Below are positions 29,059 to 38,769 of a DNA stretch of 62,529 bases, one piece after another. The DNA comes from a virus (taxonomy: Duplodnaviria > Caudoviricetes). A program made the translations under genes and the position numbers. Numbering within the stretch: position 1 is the stretch's first letter; every line of letters starts with the position of its first letter. The notes below the pieces were generated by a model, which did no database searches, was not told the DNA's origin, and saw only the letters and a program-made list of their open reading frames with translations. The stretch spans positions 1 through 62,529 of IMG/VR virus record IMGVR_UViG_3300017707_001200; one strand, given 5' to 3'.

Positions 29059-29425
29059 GGGGTACGCGGTGACCAATGGTAACGATACGGTAACGGTGTG
29101 AATGCGGATTGTGAATGCGATATTCGAATATCGTTTCGATTTGTAGTAGGTTTGTTCGATTGTGTGGGGGCAGCTAGGGCCAGGCAGGGCGGGGGGCAGG
29201 GTCGGTATTTGCTATGGGTTTGCTATGAGAGGGCGATGAGCCTCACGCGGGGGCTGGGGGCGGAGGGGGTGTTGAGGTGACGGTCGCTTTATTTGTAAGG
29301 GCGATAAACAACAAGAGGTCTCGGATTTGATCGGACGACGGGGGTGCTATGCCTCGGCTCCCCCATGCGTCCAGATATCGCCCATAGAAAGGTGTCAAGG
29401 TCAAAAAGGTGATAGAATAGATGTA

Positions 29426-30244
29426 ATGGATAATATTTTTTGCACCCAAGAAAATTGTACTAACGCGAGCCGTAGCATGGGCATGTGCGCGACTCATTAC
29501 TCGCAAGGGTTACTGAACCGACAGGGCCTTTCCAGGAATGACGCACCCTATGCGAACTGCGCCGTGCCTCACTGCGACCTGGAGGCCAATAGCCGGAAGG
29601 AGGGGGCGCTGTGTAACCCGCACTACCAGCGCAAATATCGTGGTCTCGATGTGGAGGCTTACGTGATTCCTCTAGACCATCCAGCCCGCAATGCGCCATC
29701 CTGTGCCGAACCCGGGTGTGAGCGCCGCTCTGTGACCAAGGGCTTCTGCAACTATCATCGCCTCCGTGCACAGCAGGGAAAGAGTTCTGTGCCCTCCACC
29801 GTTAAGGTGAATCCTCCGTGCGCCTTTGAAGGGTGCGACTACTTGTCATCTCAGAGAGGTCTTTGCCAAGGCCATTACGAGCAGAAGAGGCTGGGTCAGG
29901 AGTTAAAGCCATTGCGCGAATGGGGTAAGTACGTCACGGGAGAACTTCGGTGCCCGATTCCAACATGCCGTCGCCCTCAGATGACTCAGGGGGTTTGCCT
30001 TCATCATGCTCGAATGTCGCGAGAGTACAAGTTGACGACTGAGCAAATGATCGAGGTCTGGAGGAACCCTGTTTGTTCAAACCCTCGATGCGGTAACACG
30101 ACGAGACTTCACATGGACCACGATCACTCCACTGGAGAGTTCCGTGCCCTACTGTGTAGCGGGTGCAACACTGCGCTAGGTCACTTGAAGGAAGACCCCG
30201 AACGTATGACGGGGCTTCGAGAGTACATCGAACGCTTTTCCTGA
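29426..30244 (+). CDS. Endonuclease VII-family nuclease with five Cys/His repeats
   Basis: LHMDHDHSTGEFRALLCSGCNTALG; ATG 7 nt after TGATAGAAT (leaderless). Confidence 0.88.
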   Translation: MDNIFCTQENCTNASRSMGMCATHYSQGLLNRQGLSRNDAPYANCAVPHCDLEANSRKEGALCNPHYQRKYRGLDVEAYVIPLDHPARNAPSCAEPGCERRSVTKGFCNYHRLRAQQGKSSVPSTVKVNPPCAFEGCDYLSSQRGLCQGHYEQKRLGQELKPLREWGKYVTGELRCPIPTCRRPQMTQGVCLHHARMSREYKLTTEQMIEVWRNPVCSNPRCGNTTRLHMDHDHSTGEFRALLCSGCNTALGHLKEDPERMTGLREYIERFS

Positions 30245-30563
30245 AAGGTACCCAAATATCCGCTTCAAACAGATACCCCGTCGATTCGGATTATTTTTCA
30301 TTCACAGAAAACTCCCAGGGAAAGTGGGCCGATCCCACGATTTCTTTGGTAGTCTGGAGGGAGGGAACAACAACTGAAGGAGGAACAATGGATGAGCGAA
30401 TCAAGATACGAAGCTACTACTCACCGAAGAGCAAGATGTACTACGCCTACGTGCGGGTGAACGATGAGCAGTACGCCAGCGCTTCCGGACCGGACAAGCA
30501 GAGCGTTCTAGCAGAAGCGAACCACTACGCAAGTCAGATCGAGTTCGATGAATGGGGTAACTG

Positions 30564-30755
30564 GTGACTAAGAACGACTGGAGTGATGTTCCCGTATCAG
30601 ACGTAAGGAAGCGCATCATCCAGTCTAATGATGTAGCTGAGATCGTCATTGGCGTGATAAGGGCTGAGACACCTGACCTGTTTCCGCTTCTGAACCTTCG
30701 CTACGGAATCGCAGACGCTTTGTGGGACGCGGGCTACAGGAAGGAGGAGCAATGA
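30564..30755 (+). CDS. Hypothetical protein (first part of a run of small rightward ORFs, 30388-32644)
   Basis: Overlapping start/stop codons and RBSs. Confidence 0.55.
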   Translation: MTKNDWSDVPVSDVRKRIIQSNDVAEIVIGVIRAETPDLFPLLNLRYGIADALWDAGYRKEEQ

Positions 30756-32687
30756 ACTGGCTAGCAACCGACAGCCTCGGACGCCGCTGGTACCCGTATA
30801 TCCGGACCTCACCAAACGGGAATAGCAACGTTCTGATGCACCGGGAGGGAGCCGACACGGACATGGGCGACCTGTACCTGGACGAACTCGTGGAGTGGGC
30901 AGAGCCGCTGACGATTACGCTTATCAAGGATGAGCAATGACCGAGGAAGAAATCTCGATTGCGTGTGATTGGTCTGACTACCGGGTTGCACCTATGACTG
31001 AAAGTACCCCCGCGGGCGTCACCCTCCCGGTGATCCATGTTTTTGATCCATTAAACGAGGCCATCCGCACCGGAGATATTGACCGGATTGCAGAACTGAC
31101 TTCCGCGTACCGGTTGGAGGATTCCTATTATGACTGAGTTTGTAGCCAGCAATGGGGTAGGGGTTAGGTACCGTGAGGACGGTTCAATTGAGGTGTCAAC
31201 CTTATTTGGATGGGCGCTTGCAATGCCAGCCCCTGCGTCTTCCGCAGTTCTAGAATTTCTGAGAAGCGAAAACGAGAGTGCAAGTAACGGGGATATCCCC
31301 GGGACCCGTCCGTATCCCAATTTTAAACCCAGCCCAGATCACGGATACACGTCGATCACGCATAACCCGAGGAGAACTAATGGAAATCAAGAAAGCCGAT
31401 AGCAAGGGCCGAGTCTCCGGATTCGAGCCAACAACGTTCTACCGAGTGGAGACGGATAAGTACGGGACGATCACCCTGACGCCGGTGAAGTATTACACCG
31501 AAGCCGAGCTACAGCTTTTGCCCCCAGAAACAGGTACAAATGCGACATTGGCGGGTATGACGTGGGATATTCGGGAAACAGATGAAGGACTGGAGGTTAT
31601 ACCTGCCGCAAGTATAAGTCCGCGCCATGAAGACGGGGGCACTGTTCCACTAAAGAATCCGGTTATTGGCTTCCCCGTCTACGAAAAAGCGGTTAGGGGG
31701 AATAATGACAAACGACGAGCATAAGCGCTTGACGAACCGCACCTACCTGCCATACACTGTAACCGTGTCGATCTCAGAGCGGAAGGGCTGGGACGACAGT
31801 AAGCTCATCGCCCAGGCGGCAGGGGGTGTGTCTGTCTGGCGGGATCGGGCTGAGATTCTGAACGCGGTACGAGAGTTGACGGACCTACTACTGGAGGATT
31901 GGAGTATTGATGAAGAGCCGAGATGATTTCGAAACCCAACGTCAGTTCGAGGACTACGTGGACTACATGATGGGTAATCCCGCGGACGATTGGGGCCTTC
32001 CTGAGCTTGTAAAGGTCTACTGGTGCGATAAAGCCGAAGGGCATTGGGACGTGGAGGGTTGTTGCGGCTCTCATCACTCGGGCGAATACGTGTGGTGGGA
32101 CGGGGATGATGTTTACGATATGCCGCTGGACAAAGAGGAGGCCATCCTGTTGAGTCTGCGAGGAGGGGTCGAGTATGATTGACAGACTCCCGGACTGGGT
32201 TCTGGCCCTTCTTGAAGGGGTCGCCACGGGAATTGTATTCGTGGGATTCGTGATCCTTTGTTTTGGGCTGCTAAGTAGCTTATAGGTGAAGACGTGTGAG
32301 TGCGTCTCAAAGTTCGGACCCAAGAAGGTGTACCACTCCCGTCAGGGTGCGGTGAACTCGGCAATCCGGCAGGGTCTCAAGAGGTTTAGAACGTATCCGT
32401 GCCCGACGCTCAAGGGGAAGTGGCACATTACAACGAAGAGGAGAAAGTGATGAACCAACGAGAATACGAAAGCGCACTGAAGGATTTGCTGGAGGAGATG
32501 GCGACCTTGGTGGAGGAGCACTATCTGACGGACCTTGAGAGCGTTTACATGCCCCAGAATGTACCGGGAGTGGATAAGATCAGCGTCAAGGATTGGTTGG
32601 ATGCTCGATGGATCAAACGAAATTACCCCGCGGGGCCACAGTGATAAACTAGTAAATGAACCTTGTCTACAAGAAAAGGAGTTCCCA

Positions 32688-32936
32688 ATGAGCACCCCCA
32701 TTTATGATGCTGTTACCACTGACGAGAAGGGTCAGCCCACCGCCAAACCCACCGCAAAGGTCCGTAACGGCGCGATTACGGGTATTGCGCTCGCAGTTGG
32801 TGTTGCGATCCTCAATGCTGTGACCCCGGACATGCTGTCTAACCTCGGATCTTGGGGCGTCCTGATTTATGCAGGCGTCGTGGCGCTGGGTTCGTCCCTT
32901 GCCGCGTACATCACCAAGCCCACGGGTATCGGCTAA
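32688..32936 (+). CDS. Holin-like two-TM protein
   Basis: PTAKV, two TM helices, AAYITK; AAGGAG RBS; TGATAAACT promoter. Confidence 0.65.
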   Translation: MSTPIYDAVTTDEKGQPTAKPTAKVRNGAITGIALAVGVAILNAVTPDMLSNLGSWGVLIYAGVVALGSSLAAYITKPTGIG

Positions 32937-32943
32937 GCAAGAC

Positions 32944-33354
32944 GTGTTCCGCAAGATCAAGCAGTGGCATAAAGACCCCCTGGTAATTCCTCGTTCCCTT
33001 CTCACGGCCAAGTACGTTGGTTTCGCGATTCTGGGCTTCCTGGTTTTGCTGGGGGGTCTGCCGACTCTTGATCTTTTGACTTTCGAGGGCTATACCGCGG
33101 TGTGGGCCGGGTTTCTGACCCTGGCAAGTCTGTGGGGGTCCTATTACTCTTTCAGTGAAGCGGGAGAGAAACGCGAGAGGCTGGGGGCTCTTGCTGTCTG
33201 GGGGCTACTGGCAACGTGGGCCGTGCTGGCTATTGGTCGGGCGCTTTTCGTAGAGCCGGACCTGGATCGCCTGTCGGGGGCGTGGACTGTTGTGTTGATC
33301 TCGATGCTTCCCGGGGCGCGTGCGTTCGGCTTGCTGAAGAGGGGAACGAAATGA
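32944..33354 (+). CDS. Four-TM membrane protein (possible lysis accessory)
   Basis: Four hydrophobic segments. Confidence 0.65.
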   Translation: MFRKIKQWHKDPLVIPRSLLTAKYVGFAILGFLVLLGGLPTLDLLTFEGYTAVWAGFLTLASLWGSYYSFSEAGEKRERLGALAVWGLLATWAVLAIGRALFVEPDLDRLSGAWTVVLISMLPGARAFGLLKRGTK

Positions 33355-33758
33355 AGTGGTGGGAACTTGTCGCCATTGCCCTCCCCGGGCTATTGGCCCT
33401 CGGTGGCGTCGTCTACGGGAAGATGCAGGACCGGAAACAGAGGCGGGAGGAACTGGATCAGACCAACCAGGCCCGGAAGGAGCCGACGTGGAACGAACTG
33501 GTCACGGAGAATAGGAATCTGCGTGTGGAGGTGAACGCTCAGGGAGAGGCCATCGATAACATCAAGAAGGACTTGGAGCGGTACAAGAAGAGTACCAATA
33601 AGAAGTTCAGCGCTTTCGAGAACATGCTCCGGGACATCTTTCACCAGTGGCCCAAGGATGTCGAGTACCCGGTCTTCAATTCGGATGATCTGTCCGAACT
33701 CCGGGACGCCGATATCCCGTGGCGTGATCGAGTCAGGATTATCCCCGGCGTTCCTTAG
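33351..33758 (+). CDS. Single-TM coiled-coil protein (possible lysis accessory)
   Basis: N-terminal TM followed by coiled coil. Confidence 0.65.
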   Translation: MKWWELVAIALPGLLALGGVVYGKMQDRKQRREELDQTNQARKEPTWNELVTENRNLRVEVNAQGEAIDNIKKDLERYKKSTNKKFSAFENMLRDIFHQWPKDVEYPVFNSDDLSELRDADIPWRDRVRIIPGVP

Positions 33759-33846
33759 CTGAGAAGTTCCTGAGAATTAACCCCTTTTGAGTCGATTTGC
33801 GATTCAGAGGGGGTATTCTTTTTATAGGGACAACGAAGGGAGCAAC

Positions 33847-34296
33847 GTGGTTGAATTTAAAGTGGGGGATCGGGTTCGTCTTACGGGGAAGAGTTGGCCG
33901 GATACCGAGTTGGACCTGGAGGTTTCATACGAGGTTTTACAGGTATCGAACGGCGTATCTTCTATCCAAGATGGCTGGGTTATTTATGATGACCACGGTG
34001 ATTGGCACGCGGATACAGTTAAAGATACCCCCGAAGAGTCATCATTTGAGCAGTCTGTCCGATATCACACAAACAAGATCGCGGACCTTCTCGTCAGCAA
34101 GAACAAGGCTTACGGCGACTCAGCACTAAACCCCGTGCGTATCTTCTCTCAGGCCAGTCGCATCGAGCAGTTGAACGTGCGCATCGATGACAAGATCAGC
34201 CGGATTCAGCGAGGAACGGACTACGGGGACGAGGATACGGTGCGGGACTTGATCGGCTACCTTGTGCTTCGACTTATCGCGGAAGAGTCGGAATGA
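33847..34296 (+). CDS. DUF1599/Nmad1-like protein with N-terminal SH3-like domain
   Basis: KNKAYGDS...VRIDDKISRI...DTVRDLIGY; FKVGDRVR. Confidence 0.75.
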   Translation: MVEFKVGDRVRLTGKSWPDTELDLEVSYEVLQVSNGVSSIQDGWVIYDDHGDWHADTVKDTPEESSFEQSVRYHTNKIADLLVSKNKAYGDSALNPVRIFSQASRIEQLNVRIDDKISRIQRGTDYGDEDTVRDLIGYLVLRLIAEESE

Positions 34297-34516
34297 GATT
34301 TCGAAACCGCCGCGGTGCCTCTCATGTTAGCGAATACGAGAGAATAGCCGATGGACGTTTGAAATTGGGTACGCCGTGCTTTTCAGGGCCGGTACTTAAG
34401 AAGCGTTTTGAGTCAGAAGATGAAGCAATCCAATGGACCGTGGATAACCCCAAGATTAAGATGTACGTATACGAGTGCTTTATGTGCGGGGGTTGGCACA
34501 TGACGGGAAAGAAGAA

Positions 34517-35056
34517 ATGACTACGATTGCAGCAAAGATCACCAACGGCAAGGTGAAGATCGCCTGGGACTCTCAGGTGACATCGGGTAACAGCAAGAGC
34601 CTGGGCATGAACAAGGTCGTGAAGATCAACGATCAGTTCGCAGTGGGAATTGCAGGTCTGCTTCGCTTCGCCAATATCATCCACCGGACGAGCGTCAATA
34701 AGATTCACCCCTTTGACCTGAAGCAGGACGACTTCGACGGGTACGGATGGCTTCTCGATGATGCAGTTCCCGCCTGGCAGAAGGCTGTCAAGAAGGACCT
34801 TGACAATAACCCGATTGTGGACTCCTATGAGGATTACGTCCCGGACGGTCACTGCCTGATCGTTCTGGGCGGAAAGCTCTACACGATGGGGGTTGACTTT
34901 TCCGTCTCCACCCGCGGGGACTACGCCTCTATTGGCTCCGGTTCGGCTTTCGCTAATACGGCAATGCACCTGGGGAAGACCGCAAAGCAGGCCGTGGAGG
35001 TTGCAACAGAATTGGACCTCTACACCGGAGGCAATGTCAAGGAGATGACGGTTTAA
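34517..35056 (+). CDS. HslV/proteasome-beta-like Ntn hydrolase
   Basis: MTTIAA N-terminal Thr, AWDSQVT, K33-like KVV, IGSGS, DLYTGG. Confidence 0.85.
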   Translation: MTTIAAKITNGKVKIAWDSQVTSGNSKSLGMNKVVKINDQFAVGIAGLLRFANIIHRTSVNKIHPFDLKQDDFDGYGWLLDDAVPAWQKAVKKDLDNNPIVDSYEDYVPDGHCLIVLGGKLYTMGVDFSVSTRGDYASIGSGSAFANTAMHLGKTAKQAVEVATELDLYTGGNVKEMTV

Positions 35057-36435
35057 TATGGGCGCTTATACGCTTGACGAAGTACACGAAGAGATCAAGT
35101 CTATTTACTATTGGTGGGCAATCCAGGCCCCGGGAGTCACCCCGCTAGAGGAGGGTCACCTGGGGGACCTGTGGAGCCTTGCCGACCGGATGCACGCTGA
35201 GGAGGAGAACAATGACGCTTGAAACCGATAACGATATTATCCCCATCAATTGGGGTCTTACCCCTCATCCCCACGAGATTACACTCTCGATCTGTCCTCT
35301 TGATGAGATCGGCCTGCCATTCGAAAAGCGGAGTCTGAGGGTTAGCGTGCCCGATGACCCGAATGAGTGGCAGGATTTTGCAAAGGCGATCTCCACTCAG
35401 GTTGAGAAAACGCTTATCGTTATTTTGGAGGCGGGGAAGAATGGCTAAGGTATACCCCGAAAAGCTCGATATCGACACGAAGCTGCTGGACGTGTTCACG
35501 GATGCCGCCGAACAGCTTATCAACGCTTACGAAGAAGGTAAGGTTACTGCCGAGAGTTGCATCGCAGGTATCAGCGACCTCATTACCCTGACCAAGAAGG
35601 TTCCACGCTCTGTGGCGATCACGATTGGAGATGAAGATGAAGATGACTAGCCGCTACGATGAATACACGCTCACGCACTGGGAGGAGCCAGACGGACTCA
35701 CCTACGGCCATTTCGTGGCGAAGAACGGATACGTCTCGGTAACGCCCGAGCTTATCTACAAGATGCTGAAGTCGTTTGAACCGGTGGCCTACCAGGAGGG
35801 CGAGATCACGCTGGACATTCCTGTTAAGTCCCTGCTGGACTACTGGAAGTCGCTCGGCGGAGAATACGGGGTGGACAAGTAATGGACTACGGCGCAGGAC
35901 TTCTGAAGCACCACCTTCTGTCTGAGCTTGTGGCAGAGGGTCTTCTGGAAAAGGAGGGCGTGGATTTCTATTACCGTGGCCCCCACCAGGACTACCGGAT
36001 CGGAATGACGATTACCGCGGTGAACAAGACCGTTCGATTGAGTGAGGACTAAGACACATGGCCGATATCTATATTGAACTTAAGACTAAGGCCGATGGAA
36101 GTGCCCGTAAAATCGCCAAAGAGATTCTGAAGGTGACCAAGGCATTTCCGAAGGTGAGATTCCGTGTCGATACGGAGTTAGACAATGTGGTCACCTTAAC
36201 GGGCAATATTCCTAGAAAGGACTGAAAATGGTTGACAAGTTCATCAATTACAGTGAAAACGTGGATACTATTCCCGAAGCGTTCTCTTTCATCATGGAGT
36301 ATATGGACCAGTTTAAAAGCCCCAACATCTCTATCCAGCCATATACGTCTTACGAAAGTCTTTCCGATTTGACTGACGACGATGCAGGAGAGCAGAAATT
36401 CGGAGTGAGTGTTTCCGGCACGGTAGAATAGAGAT

Positions 36436-36543
36436 AACAGGTCGGAGTCTCCCTCCCTTCGCTCCATCCCCTGTTGAGAGGCCCCTTCCCTGGCCTCGGG
36501 ACCCCCTGAGAGTTTGAGCATTGCTCCTCCCAGGGGGTCTTTC
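36436..36543 (+). ncRNA. Predicted late small RNA with two C-rich loops and a terminator
   Basis: TAGAAT at 36424; stems AACAGG/CCTGTT + GGAG/CTCC, GAGGCC/GGCCTC, GACCCCCTG/CAGGGGGTC-TTT. Confidence 0.7.
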
Positions 36544-36595
36544 AACATTTGTACCTCGAAATGAGGACAAATGCTAAACTAGGAGGGGAGGCATA

Positions 36596-37096
36596 ATGAC
36601 TGACAGTGAAATTGATCCGCGTATCCAGAGAATTGTGTGGAAGGGCCTCGGCAATAAGAGTGTCCGGGAGATGTCGGAGGAGACCGGCCTATCACCCGAG
36701 GAAATCTTTGCTGTCAAGCGGGAACTTCTCGGTGCGGTGGATGTTCTTACCGTTCAGGAGAAGCGTCAGAAAATCCTTATCGACATGGAGAAGTTGGCAC
36801 AGGACGCACTGGATCGCGCAGAAGACTCCAGCGACGAGTTCTTCGCAGGTATGATGAATGCCGCCCGGGGGGCAATGAAGGACATGCTGACGGCACTTAA
36901 TCAGACTGCCAAAGGCGAGCAGGAGGCAATTGAGCGCCTGAACGATCTGCGTATTCGGGAACTACTGAATCTTATCGACCGGACCGTATCGTACACGTTG
37001 GCTGAGATCGCAACCACGTACAGTCTGGAAGAGAACGACCTCCAGGACATCTTCCAGAAGCACTTGAAGCCCGCCGCTCAGGAACTTGAAGCGTGA
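36596..37096 (+). CDS. Probable terminase small subunit
   Basis: N-terminal HTH, helical, overlaps the large terminase. Confidence 0.6.
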   Translation: MTDSEIDPRIQRIVWKGLGNKSVREMSEETGLSPEEIFAVKRELLGAVDVLTVQEKRQKILIDMEKLAQDALDRAEDSSDEFFAGMMNAARGAMKDMLTALNQTAKGEQEAIERLNDLRIRELLNLIDRTVSYTLAEIATTYSLEENDLQDIFQKHLKPAAQELEA

Positions 37097-38718
37097 CAGG
37101 TCTTTATCTCGTAGCGGACGGCGCACTCAGTCAGATTGAGAAGCGTCGTGAGAAGCAACGTTACTTCTCTAACCCGGTTCTTTGGGCTGAGGAGTACCTG
37201 GGGATCAAGCCGTGGAGCGCTCAGGCGGATGTCGCGATGAGCGTTGTCGATAACAAGAACGTTGTCGTCAAGGCCGGTCACGAGGTGGGTAAGTCCTGGC
37301 TTGCGGGGCTTCTTATCTGTTGGTGGGTGGATACCCGCTGGGACCTCCCGGGTGGATGCTTTGTGGTTTCCACCGCACCTTCTACACGTCAGATCAACGC
37401 TATTGTGTGGCGAGAAGTTCGCAAGTTCCACAACCTCGCGAAGAAGCGTTTCAACGAAGGTCTTGTCGATCACCCACTCCCCGGTTACGTGACATCCGAC
37501 GCACATTGGCGGCTCCCCGACGGTATTGAGCTTGGGTACGGCGCAAAGCCTGCGGATTCTGCCGATAAGGAATCGGGTAACGACTCTATGTCGGGTATCC
37601 ACGCCCGGTACGTTCTAGCCGTGGGTGACGAGGCCGTGGGTCTGTCCAAGGGCCTTATTGGTGATCTTGCCAACATCACCTCCAATGCTACCTCTCGTCG
37701 TTTCCTGATCTGTAACCCCACCAACCCGCTTTCCTACGTGGCGTCCATCTTTAAGCGTCAGTTGAAGGGCTGGAAGACGCATACCATCAGTGTGTTCGAC
37801 TCACCGAACTTCCACGGGCGCGGAATCTGTAACTCTGAATCTTGCAAGCGCTGGGAAGAGCATCAGAGGATGGAGCCGTATGAGGGGTTCCCCGTTGAGG
37901 TTCTGGAAACCCTGGTCGATCAGTCTTACGTAGACGATATGGCGGAGGAGCACGGTGTTGATTCCCCCACATACATCTCCCGTGTTACTGGTGAGTTCGC
38001 ATGGGACATGGGTTTCACCCTCATCCGCCCAGAGGACATTGCAAAGTCCCTGGATTGCGAAATCGTTCCCGACTACGGAAGTGTTCCGCGTCTCGGAGTA
38101 GACGTGTCCCGTTCTAAGCGAGGGGATAAGAACACGGTCTACAAGTGGCAGGATGGCCGTCTGAGATTCGTGGATGACTGGAACGACCCGGACGCGATGG
38201 CAACAGCCGAACGTATTCACGACCATGCGATTAGACTTGCGGTGGAGGAGGTACGTATTGACGGCCAGGGTCTCGGAGGGCCTATTGCTGACCGTATCCG
38301 AATGCTCGCTCAGGGGGCGTATCAGGTTTACGAAATTCTGGGTAACGACCCCAGCCCCGACCTTGACCGCTGGCAGAACTTCCGAGCCTGGAGTTGGTGG
38401 GACCTTCAGGACAGGATGTCCAAGGGTCTCGTGGATATCGATCCGGAAGATGAGAAACTTCAGGAGCAACTTCTCGGTGTCGAGATCAAAAAGCGCACCA
38501 CGGGCCGCAACAACATCCTTCTGGAAAGCAAGGAGGAAATGGCAAAGCGGGGTATTCATTCCCCCGACCACGCCGACGCCGCAGTTTACGCCTCCGTGGA
38601 CTTGACCTCCTGGCAGAACCGCCTGCCCGCAGGAACCGTCATCGCAAAGGACCGAGAAGAGATTCCGGACATGGGTCTTTTCGAGTACATTAGGATGCCC
38701 GGACGCCCCCTTCTCTAG
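37093..38718 (+). CDS. terL: Terminase large subunit
   Basis: AGHEVGKS Walker A, GDEA, CNP, LGVDVSR, SPDHADA nuclease motifs. Confidence 0.95.
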   Translation: MTGLYLVADGALSQIEKRREKQRYFSNPVLWAEEYLGIKPWSAQADVAMSVVDNKNVVVKAGHEVGKSWLAGLLICWWVDTRWDLPGGCFVVSTAPSTRQINAIVWREVRKFHNLAKKRFNEGLVDHPLPGYVTSDAHWRLPDGIELGYGAKPADSADKESGNDSMSGIHARYVLAVGDEAVGLSKGLIGDLANITSNATSRRFLICNPTNPLSYVASIFKRQLKGWKTHTISVFDSPNFHGRGICNSESCKRWEEHQRMEPYEGFPVEVLETLVDQSYVDDMAEEHGVDSPTYISRVTGEFAWDMGFTLIRPEDIAKSLDCEIVPDYGSVPRLGVDVSRSKRGDKNTVYKWQDGRLRFVDDWNDPDAMATAERIHDHAIRLAVEEVRIDGQGLGGPIADRIRMLAQGAYQVYEILGNDPSPDLDRWQNFRAWSWWDLQDRMSKGLVDIDPEDEKLQEQLLGVEIKKRTTGRNNILLESKEEMAKRGIHSPDHADAAVYASVDLTSWQNRLPAGTVIAKDREEIPDMGLFEYIRMPGRPLL

Positions 38719-38769
38719 TCATTAGGATAGAATAGAAAGGGAAACACTGCGAATTGGAGCGAATTACCC

